Assembly (NCBI GenBank): GCA_018433085.1
Contig: JAHDRW010000028.1
Location: 4,804 to 68,803 of the forward strand
Length of the DNA: 64,000 nucleotides
Direction: 5' to 3'
From: Deltaproteobacteria bacterium
GTDB taxonomy: Bacteria > Desulfobacterota > Desulfomonilia > UBA1062
This document shows, piece after piece, positions 17,949 to 27,195 of the stretch. Made by a program: the position numbers and the translations under genes. The first letter of the stretch is position 1; every line of letters starts with the position of its first letter. The notes beneath the pieces are model-generated. The model made no database searches and had not been told where the DNA came from. It saw only the letters and a program-made list of their open reading frames with translations.

Positions 17949-19202
17949 ATGTTCAGGTTCATTCATGCGGCGGATATACACCTCGATAGTCCCATGAGGG
18001 GGCTGGCCCGGTACGAGGGCGCCCCTGTCGAAGAGATCCGCGAGGCCTCGAGGAGGGCGCTGGAAAATCTCATCCAGCTCGCATTGCAGGAGGGCGTGAG
18101 CTTCGTGGTGCTCTCGGGCGATGTCTTTGACGGCGACTGGCGGGACTACAATACCGGCCTGTTCTTTGTCAATCAGATGGCGAGGCTGAATCAGGCAGGG
18201 GTGCGGGTTTTTCTGGCCGCCGGAAACCACGATGCCGTAAGCCCGATCTCCCGGAGCCTCCATATGCCGGGCAACGTGCATGTCTTCTCCACCCGAACCT
18301 GTGAGTCCGTGCACATGGAAAAGCTGGGTGTGGTGATCCACGGCAGGGGATTTCCGGGGCGGGCGGTGGAGGAGAACTGGGTTCCGTCGTATCCCGATCC
18401 GGTTCGCGATGCCTTCAATATCGGTGTCCTGCATACCTCTCTGGCAGGCTATGCAGGTCACGACACCTATGCCCCCTGCACCATGGACGCCCTGATCGGC
18501 AAGGGGTACGACTACTGGGCCCTGGGCCATGTACACCACCGGGAGGTTCTGAGCACGTCGCCCCATATCGTGTTTCCCGGGAACATCCAGGGGCGGCACA
18601 TCCGGGAGACAGGTCCCAAGGGCTGCATGCTCGTGAGCGTGGACAACCGGGAGGTAATCGAAGCCGAATTCCGTGAGCTGGACGTGCTGCGCTGGTACAG
18701 TGTGAGCCTTGAGGCGAGGGACTTCAACGAAGACGAGCTCATGGCCGCGTTCCGAGACCGAATCCATGAGGTGATGGCCGATGCCGGCGGCAGGACAGCG
18801 GCGGTGCGCACCGTCATCGATACTGGAGAAAGGATTCACGGCACGTGGATGCAGGATCCCGACAGATGGCGGAACGAGCTCAGGGCCGCCGCCATCGATG
18901 CGGGCAGGGGGGACCTCTGGCTGGAAAAGATCGTTTTTGCCGCAGGCCCAGGCCGGAACAGTGCTCCCGACGGCCTGCTGGGCGAGCTTGTTGACGGCAT
19001 CCACCAGATGGGCGAGGACGAGGCCGCCCATATCCGGATCGGCAGGGCCGCGCTCAGGAAGCTGTTCGAAAAGCTGCCCGCCGAGCTCACCCTGGGCGAG
19101 GACGCCCTGTCGCCCGATGACGAGGAATGGATCGAGCAGGCACTCCGGGAGGGGCTGGATCTTTTCATGGCCCGCATTGCAGGCCCCGGGGGCCGGGGAT
19201 GA
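17949..19202 (+). CDS. DNA repair exonuclease, SbcD/Mre11-type metallophosphoesterase (YhaO-like)
   Basis: Calcineurin-like phosphoesterase motifs: FIHAADIHLD, LSGDVFD, AAGNHD, GHVH. 417 aa. Confidence 0.85.
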   Translation: MFRFIHAADIHLDSPMRGLARYEGAPVEEIREASRRALENLIQLALQEGVSFVVLSGDVFDGDWRDYNTGLFFVNQMARLNQAGVRVFLAAGNHDAVSPISRSLHMPGNVHVFSTRTCESVHMEKLGVVIHGRGFPGRAVEENWVPSYPDPVRDAFNIGVLHTSLAGYAGHDTYAPCTMDALIGKGYDYWALGHVHHREVLSTSPHIVFPGNIQGRHIRETGPKGCMLVSVDNREVIEAEFRELDVLRWYSVSLEARDFNEDELMAAFRDRIHEVMADAGGRTAAVRTVIDTGERIHGTWMQDPDRWRNELRAAAIDAGRGDLWLEKIVFAAGPGRNSAPDGLLGELVDGIHQMGEDEAAHIRIGRAALRKLFEKLPAELTLGEDALSPDDEEWIEQALREGLDLFMARIAGPGGRG

Positions 19203-22200
19203 AAATCCTGAGCCTCGATCTCCTTGCGTACGGGCCCTTTACCGCGCGGACACTGGATTTCTCCCGCGGCACGCACGGTCTCCACCTGGTCTACGGGCCA
19301 AACGAGGCGGGCAAGAGCGCGGCCCTGCGCGCCCTGATCTCGTTCTTTTACGGCATCCATCCCCAGACTCCGGACAATTTCGTGCACGATTACGACGCCC
19401 TGCGCATTGGTGCCCGGCTGAGGCTCTCTGACGGCACCGAACGTTCTTTCATCCGCCGCAAGGGCAGCAGGAACACCCTGCTGGACGAGACAGGCTCCAC
19501 CCTGGGCGAGCCGGAGATGGCACGGTTTCTCGACAATGTCTCGCAGGAGACCTTCACCCGGATGTACGGCATCGATTCGTCCTCGCTGGTCGAAGGGGGC
19601 AAGAAGCTCGTTCAGGGCGAAGGCGAGCTTGGCGCCGTGCTATTTGCCGCTGTCTCCGGAATTCCTGAGGTGCGGGAGATCGTCGCCGGGCTGGAGAAGG
19701 AGGCCTCCGGCCTGTTCAAGCCCACGGGCACGACGCCGGTGATCAACCGTCTTATCTCCGAATACCGGGAGCTCAAAAGGGCGTGCAAGGGGCATTCCCT
19801 CTCCGCTGTGGATTGGTCCCGCCTGGAAGACCGCATGTGCGAGGCAGTGGAAAGGCGCGATGCGTTCTCCCGCCGGGTACGTGAAAAGACTGCGCTGGCA
19901 AACCAGAGGAGACGGGTGTACGAGGCATACAAGGATGCCGGAGAACTCAGGGAGATCCAGGCCGAGCTCGATGCCATGGCGGGCACGTTCGTTCTTTCTC
20001 CAGGGTTCTCCTCGCGGCGCGAGCGGGCCGAAGAAAGGCTCAAGGACGCCGGGGAGGCGATCGCCGCAGGCACAAAGGAGCTCGCGCGCGTGCAGGAAGA
20101 GATCGCCGTTCTGAGCACACCTGACGCGCTTCTGGCGCACCGGGCTCGCATTACCGGGCTTTTCCAGTTGTCCGGGAACTATAAGCAGGCGTGCGAGCAG
20201 CTGCCCAGGCTCAAGGGCAATCTGCTGGAGATCGAACGAAGCGCCCGGAGGATCGTGAGGGATCTCCATCTCCCGGCAGGGAGCGACTTCGGCGAATACT
20301 GTCCTTCCCTCCGGGAGAGGACCCGTATCGAGGAGCTCTGCGAGGCGCACAGGGACCTGGTGGCGGCCCGGGCGCACCAGGATGAAATCCTGGCGAAGTA
20401 TAGCTCCGCCCTGGCCGCGCTCGGAGACAGGATTCGGTCGCTCCCTGAACCCCGGGACGTGAGCGGTCTCGAGGATCTGCTCAATGACTGCCGCCGGAGC
20501 GGGATCAGCGAGAGAGGACTTCGATCCCTGGAGGAGCAGGTGAGGGCGCTGGAAACGGCGCTATCTACAGGGTTGGACAGGCTCGGTCTCAATGGAGTGG
20601 TTTTCCAGGATTTTCTCTCGCTCCCCCTGCCCGGCAAACAGACCGTGAATATCTTTGCCAGGGATTTCATGGCATTGCAGCAGCAGATAAGAGAGACCGG
20701 AAACCGCGAGAAGGAAGAGCGCCTCACGCTTTCACGCACAATCGACGACATCAGGGCCCTGCAGATCCAGGGGGACATACCCACCGAGGACCAGCTCGCC
20801 CGGATCAGAGAGCGCAGGGACTTTCTCTGGAACCTGATCAGAAAGGCATGGGAGGAGCGGCGCGATATTCCCGAAGAGCTGTGGCGTCAGGAGGACGAGG
20901 CCGATGCCGATGCCGATGCGTCGGAGGCATTCGAACGCGCCGTGGCTGTGGCCGATGATATCAGCGACCGGCTGCGTCGCGAGTCCGATCGCGTTGCCCG
21001 GCTTGCCCGGCTCGTGGCAGGTAGAGAAGGCAGCCAGCGGATTCTGGAAGAGATCGTGCTCAGGAAACAGGGATTGTATGATCGGATGGAATCTTTGCAG
21101 CGTAAGTGGGAAGAGGCCTGGCGGCCTGCGGGCATCGAGCCCGGAAGTCCCGAGGAGATGAGCGAGTGGATGGACCTCGCCCGCGAATCTCTGAAAACCT
21201 GCCGGGAATGGAGCGAGCGGTCTGTCGAGCTGGAGGGAAAGACCCGCGAGCTCCGGGGCTTCAAAAAGGGCCTGGTCGATCTCCTGACCGCGGCCGGCCT
21301 TCAGGTCGAAGGCTGTTCCCTTTCTAGCCTCGACCGGAAGGCTGATGAGTTCCTCAAAAACCAGCGGGATGCGGATTTCAGGAAAAAAGAGCTGGAAGAG
21401 CGGATACGTGAAGGGCAGCAGCAGGTCCTGGCGCAGCAGAGAGAACTTTCGGCCTTATGCGAGCGCCTCGATGCATGGAAAAAGGCCTGGGCAGAGGCCC
21501 TGGTGCCCGTGGGTCTCGATGACGGCGCCACCCCGGAGCAGGCCCGGGCGGTTCTCGCCAGGTTTGCAGAGCTTGCCGGCCACGCGCGCGATATCGAGGA
21601 AAAGTCGAGCAGGGTCAGGGCCATCGAATCCGACAACGGCCGTTTCGAGGCGAGCGTGGAGGAGCTGTCGGGTGATCTGGGCAGAGAGATGGCGGGCGCC
21701 GGACATGCCGAATATATGGAGCAGTTGAACCGCGAGCTCCAGGAAGGCATTGAGATACGCGAGCGCCGGCTCGCCCTCGCCCGTAAGCAGCGGGACCTGA
21801 AGAAATCCCTGGAGTATCACCGGAGCATCGTATCCGTGAACGAAGAGGAAATCCGGGCCCTCCTGATCGAGGCCGGCTGTGACGATCCTTCTCTGCTCCC
21901 GGGGAGGGAGGCCCTTTCGGCCGAGTACCGGGAAAAGACCGGCCGGGCCGATGAGCTCAGGCGCATCATCAGCAGGTCTGCGGGCGGCACCGACCTCGAC
22001 GGTTTTCTGAAGGAGATCGCCGCTGCCGACGCGGACGTGCTTCCCCGGGAGATCGCGGAGATTCAGGAAGAGATCGAAGAGCTGGAGAGAGAGCGCAACG
22101 AGCTCAGCCAGGAGATCGGCAGGCTGGAAAAGGAAAGGGAGGGGATGGCCGGGACGAGCGCGGCATCCCGCGTGTCGCAGGAAATGGAGTCCGTGCTTGC

Positions 22201-22699
22201 CGCGATCAGGGATGCCGTACAGGATTATGCCCGGCTCGTCATGGCGGTATCCGGGATCAGGGGTAGTCTGGAGCGCTACCGCAGGAAGAACCAGGGGCAG
22301 GTGCTCACCCGCGCGGGCGAGTTCTTCAGGAAAATCACCCTGGGGAGTCTCCACGGGCTTGCCGCAGACTTCGACGGCAGCGACCGCCAGGTGCTCGTGG
22401 GCCTGCGCAACGGGAGCAGGGTGCCCGTGGAGGCCATGAGCGAAGGAACCTGCGATCAGCTTTTTCTGGCCCTTCGGCTGGCGAGCCTGGAGCAGCGTCT
22501 CATGGAGCGCGAACCCATGCCGCTCATCCTGGACGATATCCTGGTCAATTTCGACGACCCCCGCGCCGTGCAGACGCTGCGGATCCTCGCTGACATTTCG
22601 AACCGTACCCAGGTGATACTCTTCACCCACCATCGCCATCTCTGCGACCTGGCCGGGGAGAGCATTCCTCCAGATATCCTCCACATCCAGGAGCTCTAG
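19199..22699 (+). CDS. SMC/Rad50-like AAA ATPase with long coiled coil (YhaN/SbcC-like)
   Basis: The ATG at 19199 overlaps the upstream stop (ATGA). N-terminal Walker A GPNEAGKSA, about 900 aa rich in E/R/L/A heptad-like sequence, a C-terminal signature-like MSEGTCDQLFLALRLA and Walker B PLILDDILVNFDD. Confidence 0.85.
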   Translation: MKILSLDLLAYGPFTARTLDFSRGTHGLHLVYGPNEAGKSAALRALISFFYGIHPQTPDNFVHDYDALRIGARLRLSDGTERSFIRRKGSRNTLLDETGSTLGEPEMARFLDNVSQETFTRMYGIDSSSLVEGGKKLVQGEGELGAVLFAAVSGIPEVREIVAGLEKEASGLFKPTGTTPVINRLISEYRELKRACKGHSLSAVDWSRLEDRMCEAVERRDAFSRRVREKTALANQRRRVYEAYKDAGELREIQAELDAMAGTFVLSPGFSSRRERAEERLKDAGEAIAAGTKELARVQEEIAVLSTPDALLAHRARITGLFQLSGNYKQACEQLPRLKGNLLEIERSARRIVRDLHLPAGSDFGEYCPSLRERTRIEELCEAHRDLVAARAHQDEILAKYSSALAALGDRIRSLPEPRDVSGLEDLLNDCRRSGISERGLRSLEEQVRALETALSTGLDRLGLNGVVFQDFLSLPLPGKQTVNIFARDFMALQQQIRETGNREKEERLTLSRTIDDIRALQIQGDIPTEDQLARIRERRDFLWNLIRKAWEERRDIPEELWRQEDEADADADASEAFERAVAVADDISDRLRRESDRVARLARLVAGREGSQRILEEIVLRKQGLYDRMESLQRKWEEAWRPAGIEPGSPEEMSEWMDLARESLKTCREWSERSVELEGKTRELRGFKKGLVDLLTAAGLQVEGCSLSSLDRKADEFLKNQRDADFRKKELEERIREGQQQVLAQQRELSALCERLDAWKKAWAEALVPVGLDDGATPEQARAVLARFAELAGHARDIEEKSSRVRAIESDNGRFEASVEELSGDLGREMAGAGHAEYMEQLNRELQEGIEIRERRLALARKQRDLKKSLEYHRSIVSVNEEEIRALLIEAGCDDPSLLPGREALSAEYREKTGRADELRRIISRSAGGTDLDGFLKEIAAADADVLPREIAEIQEEIEELERERNELSQEIGRLEKEREGMAGTSAASRVSQEMESVLAAIRDAVQDYARLVMAVSGIRGSLERYRRKNQGQVLTRAGEFFRKITLGSLHGLAADFDGSDRQVLVGLRNGSRVPVEAMSEGTCDQLFLALRLASLEQRLMEREPMPLILDDILVNFDDPRAVQTLRILADISNRTQVILFTHHRHLCDLAGESIPPDILHIQEL

Positions 22700-22794
22700 C
22701 CTTTTCTGCCAGCTCTGTACGTTGAGAACGATATCAGCGGGCATATCATTCATCGGTAGAGGCACAGAAAAAGAGAGGTACGGAGGTAAGGAGA

Positions 22795-22983
22795 ATGGTA
22801 AGTGCTGCTGAGGTGCTGGAGGCCATAAAAGGTGCAGGCCTGCCAAAGAGCAAATCCGAACTGGTGGACTATGCCCGGAGCAGGAATGCGTCACAGGACG
22901 TCGTGGACATGCTGAGCAGACTGCCCGACCGGCAGTATAGAACCGCCTCGGATATCACCCAGGCAATGGGCGATATTGAGTAA
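22795..22983 (+). CDS. DUF2795-family small protein
   Basis: 62 aa after a GGAGGTAAGGAG SD. The pattern L.G..LPKSKSELVDYA...A...V...L..LP...Y.....I..A.G matches DUF2795. Confidence 0.65.
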   Translation: MVSAAEVLEAIKGAGLPKSKSELVDYARSRNASQDVVDMLSRLPDRQYRTASDITQAMGDIE

Positions 22984-23138
22984 TGGAAAGGGGACGGATT
23001 TATTTTCTGGAATGATCTTTTCTTGAGGTTCCCGAATAAGCTTAAGAAAATATTCTGTATTTTGACTGTCCCCCGAGTATTCCCTGGTTAGGCGGCCTTG
23101 CGGAAGGAACAAAGCAAAACCAATAATTGAGAATAGCC

Positions 23139-23741
23139 ATGCGAAAAATCATCGTCCTTACGTTTGTTACCCTTGACGGGGTCATGCAAGCGCCGGGCGG
23201 GCCGCAGGAGGATACCGACGGCGGCTTCGAGTATGGCGGCTGGGTTGTGCCACATTTTGACGAGCGTATTGGCGCTATCATGCACGAACAGATGACCGTA
23301 CCGCTTGATCTTTTACTCGGAAGAAAGACCTACGAAATATTCGCCTCCTACTGGCCGACACACGAAGGCGAGTGGCCGGGCATCAATTCGGCGACAAAGT
23401 ATGTTGTTTCGGACACTCGCACAGATTCGCTTTGGGACAATACTGTCTTTATCAAAGATAACGTCGTGGAAGAAATATGCAGAATGAAGCAGCAAGACGG
23501 TCCTGATTTACAGGTGCATGGCAGCAGCCAGCTTCTCCAGACGCTCTTTAAGCACGACCTGGTAGATGATCTGTGGATCAAGATTTTTCCTATTACCCTC
23601 GGCACGGGCAAGCGTCTCTTCGGCGAAGGTACCATGCCGGCGGCATTCAAGCTCACACACTCTGAGCCAACGCCAAGCGGTGTCATCGTCGCTAGATACG
23701 AGCGTGCCGGAGAGGTGAAGACGGGCTCTTTCGGGGCTTAA
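23139..23741 (+). CDS. dihydrofolate reductase family protein (RibD C-terminal domain type)
   Basis: MRKIIVLTFVTLDGVMQAPGGPQED...LLLGRKTYEIFASYWP...LQVHGSSQLLQTLFKHDLVDDLWIKIFPITLGTGKRLF is a typical RibD_C/DHFR-like pattern. It lies in visibly lower-G+C DNA. Confidence 0.8.
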   Translation: MRKIIVLTFVTLDGVMQAPGGPQEDTDGGFEYGGWVVPHFDERIGAIMHEQMTVPLDLLLGRKTYEIFASYWPTHEGEWPGINSATKYVVSDTRTDSLWDNTVFIKDNVVEEICRMKQQDGPDLQVHGSSQLLQTLFKHDLVDDLWIKIFPITLGTGKRLFGEGTMPAAFKLTHSEPTPSGVIVARYERAGEVKTGSFGA

Positions 23742-23879
23742 ACGTACATGGTAATTCGCACAGCTAAGCATATCACTGCCTAACGGATTGCAGTCTATGT
23801 TGCTCCGTTGCGCTCCCGCAACGCGGCTGAACCCGAGTGTTATATTTTTTCGCCGCAGGGCGGTTCGCTGGTTTTCTTT

Positions 23880-24857
23880 TCAATGAGAAGTCTCCCCGGC
23901 ACACCTGGCGACATACTCCTTGAAATCCAGTTTTTCCCTGATGATCTTTCTCATGTCCGATCGCTTGAGCCATCTGGTGTAGAGCCAGAACCACTGTTCC
24001 GGATGCTTCTCGACCACCGAGACCACCCATGACTGCATGAAGTCGCTCAGTTTCCGGACAGCCTCGCCCCCATCACCGAACCGGGCGGAATCTATTGCCC
24101 TGGAAAAGCACCAGTGGTAAGACCCGCCCTGCTTCACGGTATACACCGGCAGCACCAGGGCATTTCCCCTGATCGCTATGGATGCGGGCGCGGATTTGGT
24201 GGGCGCCTGCATGCCGAAGACATCGCACATCAGGTCGTTTTCCTGATCGCCACGCATGTCGACAACCATGCCGATGGTCCTGCCCTTTTGCAGCTCGTCG
24301 ACGAGCAGGTGAAAGGTTCCGGTGGGGGGAAGGACGGTGGCGCCGCAGCGGTCCCGGATTTTGTTCACGATTGCCTCGAGCTTCGGGTCCTTGCGGATAT
24401 CGGCCATGACGCAGAACCGCGTTCCCAGGACCCTCGGTATATGCCCCAGGATCTCCCAGTTGCCGATGTGGCCGGTTATCATCATGACCCCCCTGCCGGA
24501 TGCCAGGGCCTCATCCAGATGCTCCCTTCCTTCCACCACGATCCGGTTACTGATCTCCTCGTCGCTCATATATGCATACCGGATCGTGTCCACGAGGATC
24601 TCTGCCTGGTTCATGAAAACCTTGAGCACCATGCGCCGGATATGCGTAAGCCCTAGAGCGGCCCGCATCTGGACCCCGGCTGCCTTGCGGTGGAAGGGGT
24701 CCGCGAGCCAGGCGATTATGCCCAGAGACCGGAAAAAACCCAGGACAAGGGAGTAGGGCAGGTGCCGGATAAGCCCGATCAGGGCGAGAAGTGCTGAATA
24801 TTTCAGGTTCCCTGCGGATGCGGGGAGTATTTTCGTGACCACTGATGGTCTCTTCAT
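23880..24857 (-). CDS. lipid A biosynthesis (LpxL/HtrB-like) lysophospholipid acyltransferase family protein
   Basis: N-terminal membrane anchor and acyltransferase motif ITGHIGNWE. Overall LpxL-family layout. 325 aa. Confidence 0.75.
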   Translation of the reverse strand: MKRPSVVTKILPASAGNLKYSALLALIGLIRHLPYSLVLGFFRSLGIIAWLADPFHRKAAGVQMRAALGLTHIRRMVLKVFMNQAEILVDTIRYAYMSDEEISNRIVVEGREHLDEALASGRGVMMITGHIGNWEILGHIPRVLGTRFCVMADIRKDPKLEAIVNKIRDRCGATVLPPTGTFHLLVDELQKGRTIGMVVDMRGDQENDLMCDVFGMQAPTKSAPASIAIRGNALVLPVYTVKQGGSYHWCFSRAIDSARFGDGGEAVRKLSDFMQSWVVSVVEKHPEQWFWLYTRWLKRSDMRKIIREKLDFKEYVARCAGETSH

Positions 24858-25148
24858 CGCTGGTGCCTATCCCTTTCCGCCCTGGCGGCGCGTCTTTCAG
24901 GCGTCCACTGGTGAGCGCATGAACGTCCTGACGTGGTCACTCCCCATGGATGCGACTCCTTATCCCGCAGGCGCTCACATAAATACACCCTCTTCCATAC
25001 CCGATACAAACAGCGCATACAATCACCGATTCCACAAGGGCCCGTTTTCTGCCGGATAGCCCCCTGTCCCCCCGCCTGAAGGCAGGCGGACCGTCCGGGG
25101 GACGCACGTTGAGAAAACGATCGCGCAGGCCTTGAGATGACCCGTGCA

Positions 25149-25769
25149 TCAGGTAACGGGCAGCACCGCGAAGATGAACGCGCTCCACACCGAGTGGCAC
25201 ACGATAAGGGTGTCCAGCCGTTTCAGCTTCATATAGAGCAGACCCCAGAACGCCCCTCCCACCGCCGCGGCCCCGAACAGCATGAGGTTGAACGAGAGGA
25301 TGTGCACGCCGGCGTAGACCGCGGTCGCCAGGACCCAGCCCCTCGTTTCGCCATAGCGGAGCATGAGGTTTCTCTGAAGAAAGCCCCGCCAGTAGATCTC
25401 TTCACACGGGCCGGTGACAAAGAGCAGGAGCAGGAACACGACCCCCAGAGGGAACCCCTCCCCCCTGGCGTAGATGGCGCCCACCTGCTGCTGGGCAAAG
25501 GGGAAGATCAGCGACGATATCTCGTTGCCGAGCCAGAAGATGCCGTAGAGCATGGCGGCGCAGAGCAGGCCCTGGAACACGGCGGTGGCGTCGAAGTCGA
25601 GACGGTTGTGAGCCGCGGTGCCCGCCCGCAGGGCAAGGGCGGCGAGAAGGACGGCGGAAAGGGATATCTTGATCCAGAAGCCGGACCCCGGCAGCGAGAA
25701 GGTCACGAACCACAGGGCAGAGGCCAGGCCGACAGTGGGCCAGAGGAGACGCTGCCCGGGCTCGCTCAT
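25149..25769 (-). CDS. CPBP family intramembrane glutamic endopeptidase (CAAX protease-like)
   Basis: The ATG at 25769 overlaps the upstream stop (ATGA). Multi-TM protein with motif 1 EEIYWRG and the later H-containing motifs (AVYAGVH, CHSVWSAF). Confidence 0.8.
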   Translation of the reverse strand: MSEPGQRLLWPTVGLASALWFVTFSLPGSGFWIKISLSAVLLAALALRAGTAAHNRLDFDATAVFQGLLCAAMLYGIFWLGNEISSLIFPFAQQQVGAIYARGEGFPLGVVFLLLLFVTGPCEEIYWRGFLQRNLMLRYGETRGWVLATAVYAGVHILSFNLMLFGAAAVGGAFWGLLYMKLKRLDTLIVCHSVWSAFIFAVLPVT

Positions 25770-26662
25770 CCCGTGAGCCCCTGAATGATCAGGGCTGTCA
25801 CCAGAAGCACGCCGAAGGCGGTGTCGAGCTTGGCGGTCCGGGCATCTGCGTCCGGGGGGACGCCGCGCTTCATCTGACGCAGGAGTTGCGCCGCCAGCGG
25901 CAGGGAGAGAAACACCAGGAACGCCCAAGGGGAGAGCATGCCCGAGAGGGTGATGAAGAGCATGCTCACATACGCGAGCACCATGAGCAGGAGATAGGCC
26001 TGAATGCCCCTGCTCGGACCGAGCCGGATGGCCAGCGTACTGATGTGCCGGCTGTTGTCGTGGTCGATGTCGCGGATGTTGTTGGCGAATATCGTCAACG
26101 CCACCAGGACCCCGAAGGGAATGGAGACCAGGAGGGCCTTGACGCTCAACGTCTGCATCTGCACGTAGTACGCGCCCTCCACCATCAGAGGGCCCCACAT
26201 GAGAAATACCGCGGCCTCGCCCAGCGCGATATACTTATACTTCATGGGAGGCGCGGTGTAGCCTATCCCGGCTGCAACACCCAGCGCCCCGATGGCCAGG
26301 ACCATCCACCCGCTCGCCACGGTGAGGAAGATGCCGATGAGGGCGGCCGCGCAGAAGAGCCCGTAGGAGGCCCACAACACCTGACGTGCAGGGATCAGCC
26401 CGTGGACGATCGGGTGAGGCCGGTACTGCGTTGTCGCGGCCGATTCCGTATCCAGACCGTTTTTCACGTCATAGTAGTCGTTCAGCAGATTGGTGCCCGC
26501 ATGCATGAAGACCGCTCCGGCAGCGGCCAGAAGATAAAGCGCCGGGGAAAACCGGCCGTCGAGGGCGGCAAGGGCGCTGCCTACGCTCACCGAGATGAAG
26601 GTCATGGTAAAAGACCAGGGCCGGGGCGCGATGAACCAGTTTTTCAGCAGCTCTTTTGACAC
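25766..26662 (-). CDS. UbiA-family aromatic prenyltransferase (MenA-like)
   Basis: GTG at 26662 after a GGGAGG SD. 8-9 TM helices, a first Asp-rich motif NLLNDYYD and a second region NNIRDIDHD. Confidence 0.85.
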   Translation of the reverse strand: MSKELLKNWFIAPRPWSFTMTFISVSVGSALAALDGRFSPALYLLAAAGAVFMHAGTNLLNDYYDVKNGLDTESAATTQYRPHPIVHGLIPARQVLWASYGLFCAAALIGIFLTVASGWMVLAIGALGVAAGIGYTAPPMKYKYIALGEAAVFLMWGPLMVEGAYYVQMQTLSVKALLVSIPFGVLVALTIFANNIRDIDHDNSRHISTLAIRLGPSRGIQAYLLLMVLAYVSMLFITLSGMLSPWAFLVFLSLPLAAQLLRQMKRGVPPDADARTAKLDTAFGVLLVTALIIQGLTG

Positions 26663-27195
26663 CCGGGCCTCCCGTGCACATTTTTATTTAGACCAGCACC
26701 GCATCTGCTCACGGATACTGATACGCGAGGAGGTCGTACACTGTCAATATGCTGGTTGCGTCAGTCTACGGGGCGCGAGCAGGGCCGGCACAGTATCTCC
26801 TGCCCGGAAGAGAACCGGGCAGCCGACTGACGCCGTTCTTTCCTTCAAGCGGCAACAAAAGGGAGTGAACCCGGGCCGGAAGCCTGGTCCCGGGAATCCT
26901 CCTTCTAAGGCCGCTTTTTGAGGATTTTGAAGGTGAGGTTGCATTCCCCTTAAGCTTTTAGGCTTCAGGAGGGTCCAAGGCTTGCCCTTAAGGTTTATAC
27001 CATTGATTGAGCCGGAGGAATGCCGACCGCGTTTATCGGGCCGCTTAAAAAGGGGATCTACTTCGGGCCCGTGCAACGAGGACAACCGTCCGGGCATAAA
27101 ACAGTGTCTCCGCCCCGGGGTACGGTGGACAGGCGGCCTCTGCGGGCATCCGGGATGTGCATGCACGGCCCGAAGCAGGATCGAAGAGTCCTTTG

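Noticed and set aside
17946-19031. 361-aa minus-strand ORF
   Set aside because: It is antisense to the SbcD-like metallophosphoesterase, which has all the phosphoesterase motifs. It is a shadow ORF.
21455-22894. 479-aa minus-strand ORF
   Set aside because: It is antisense to the 3' part of the SMC-like ATPase and to the DUF2795 gene. It has no motifs and a Pro/Gly/Leu/Arg-rich artefact composition.
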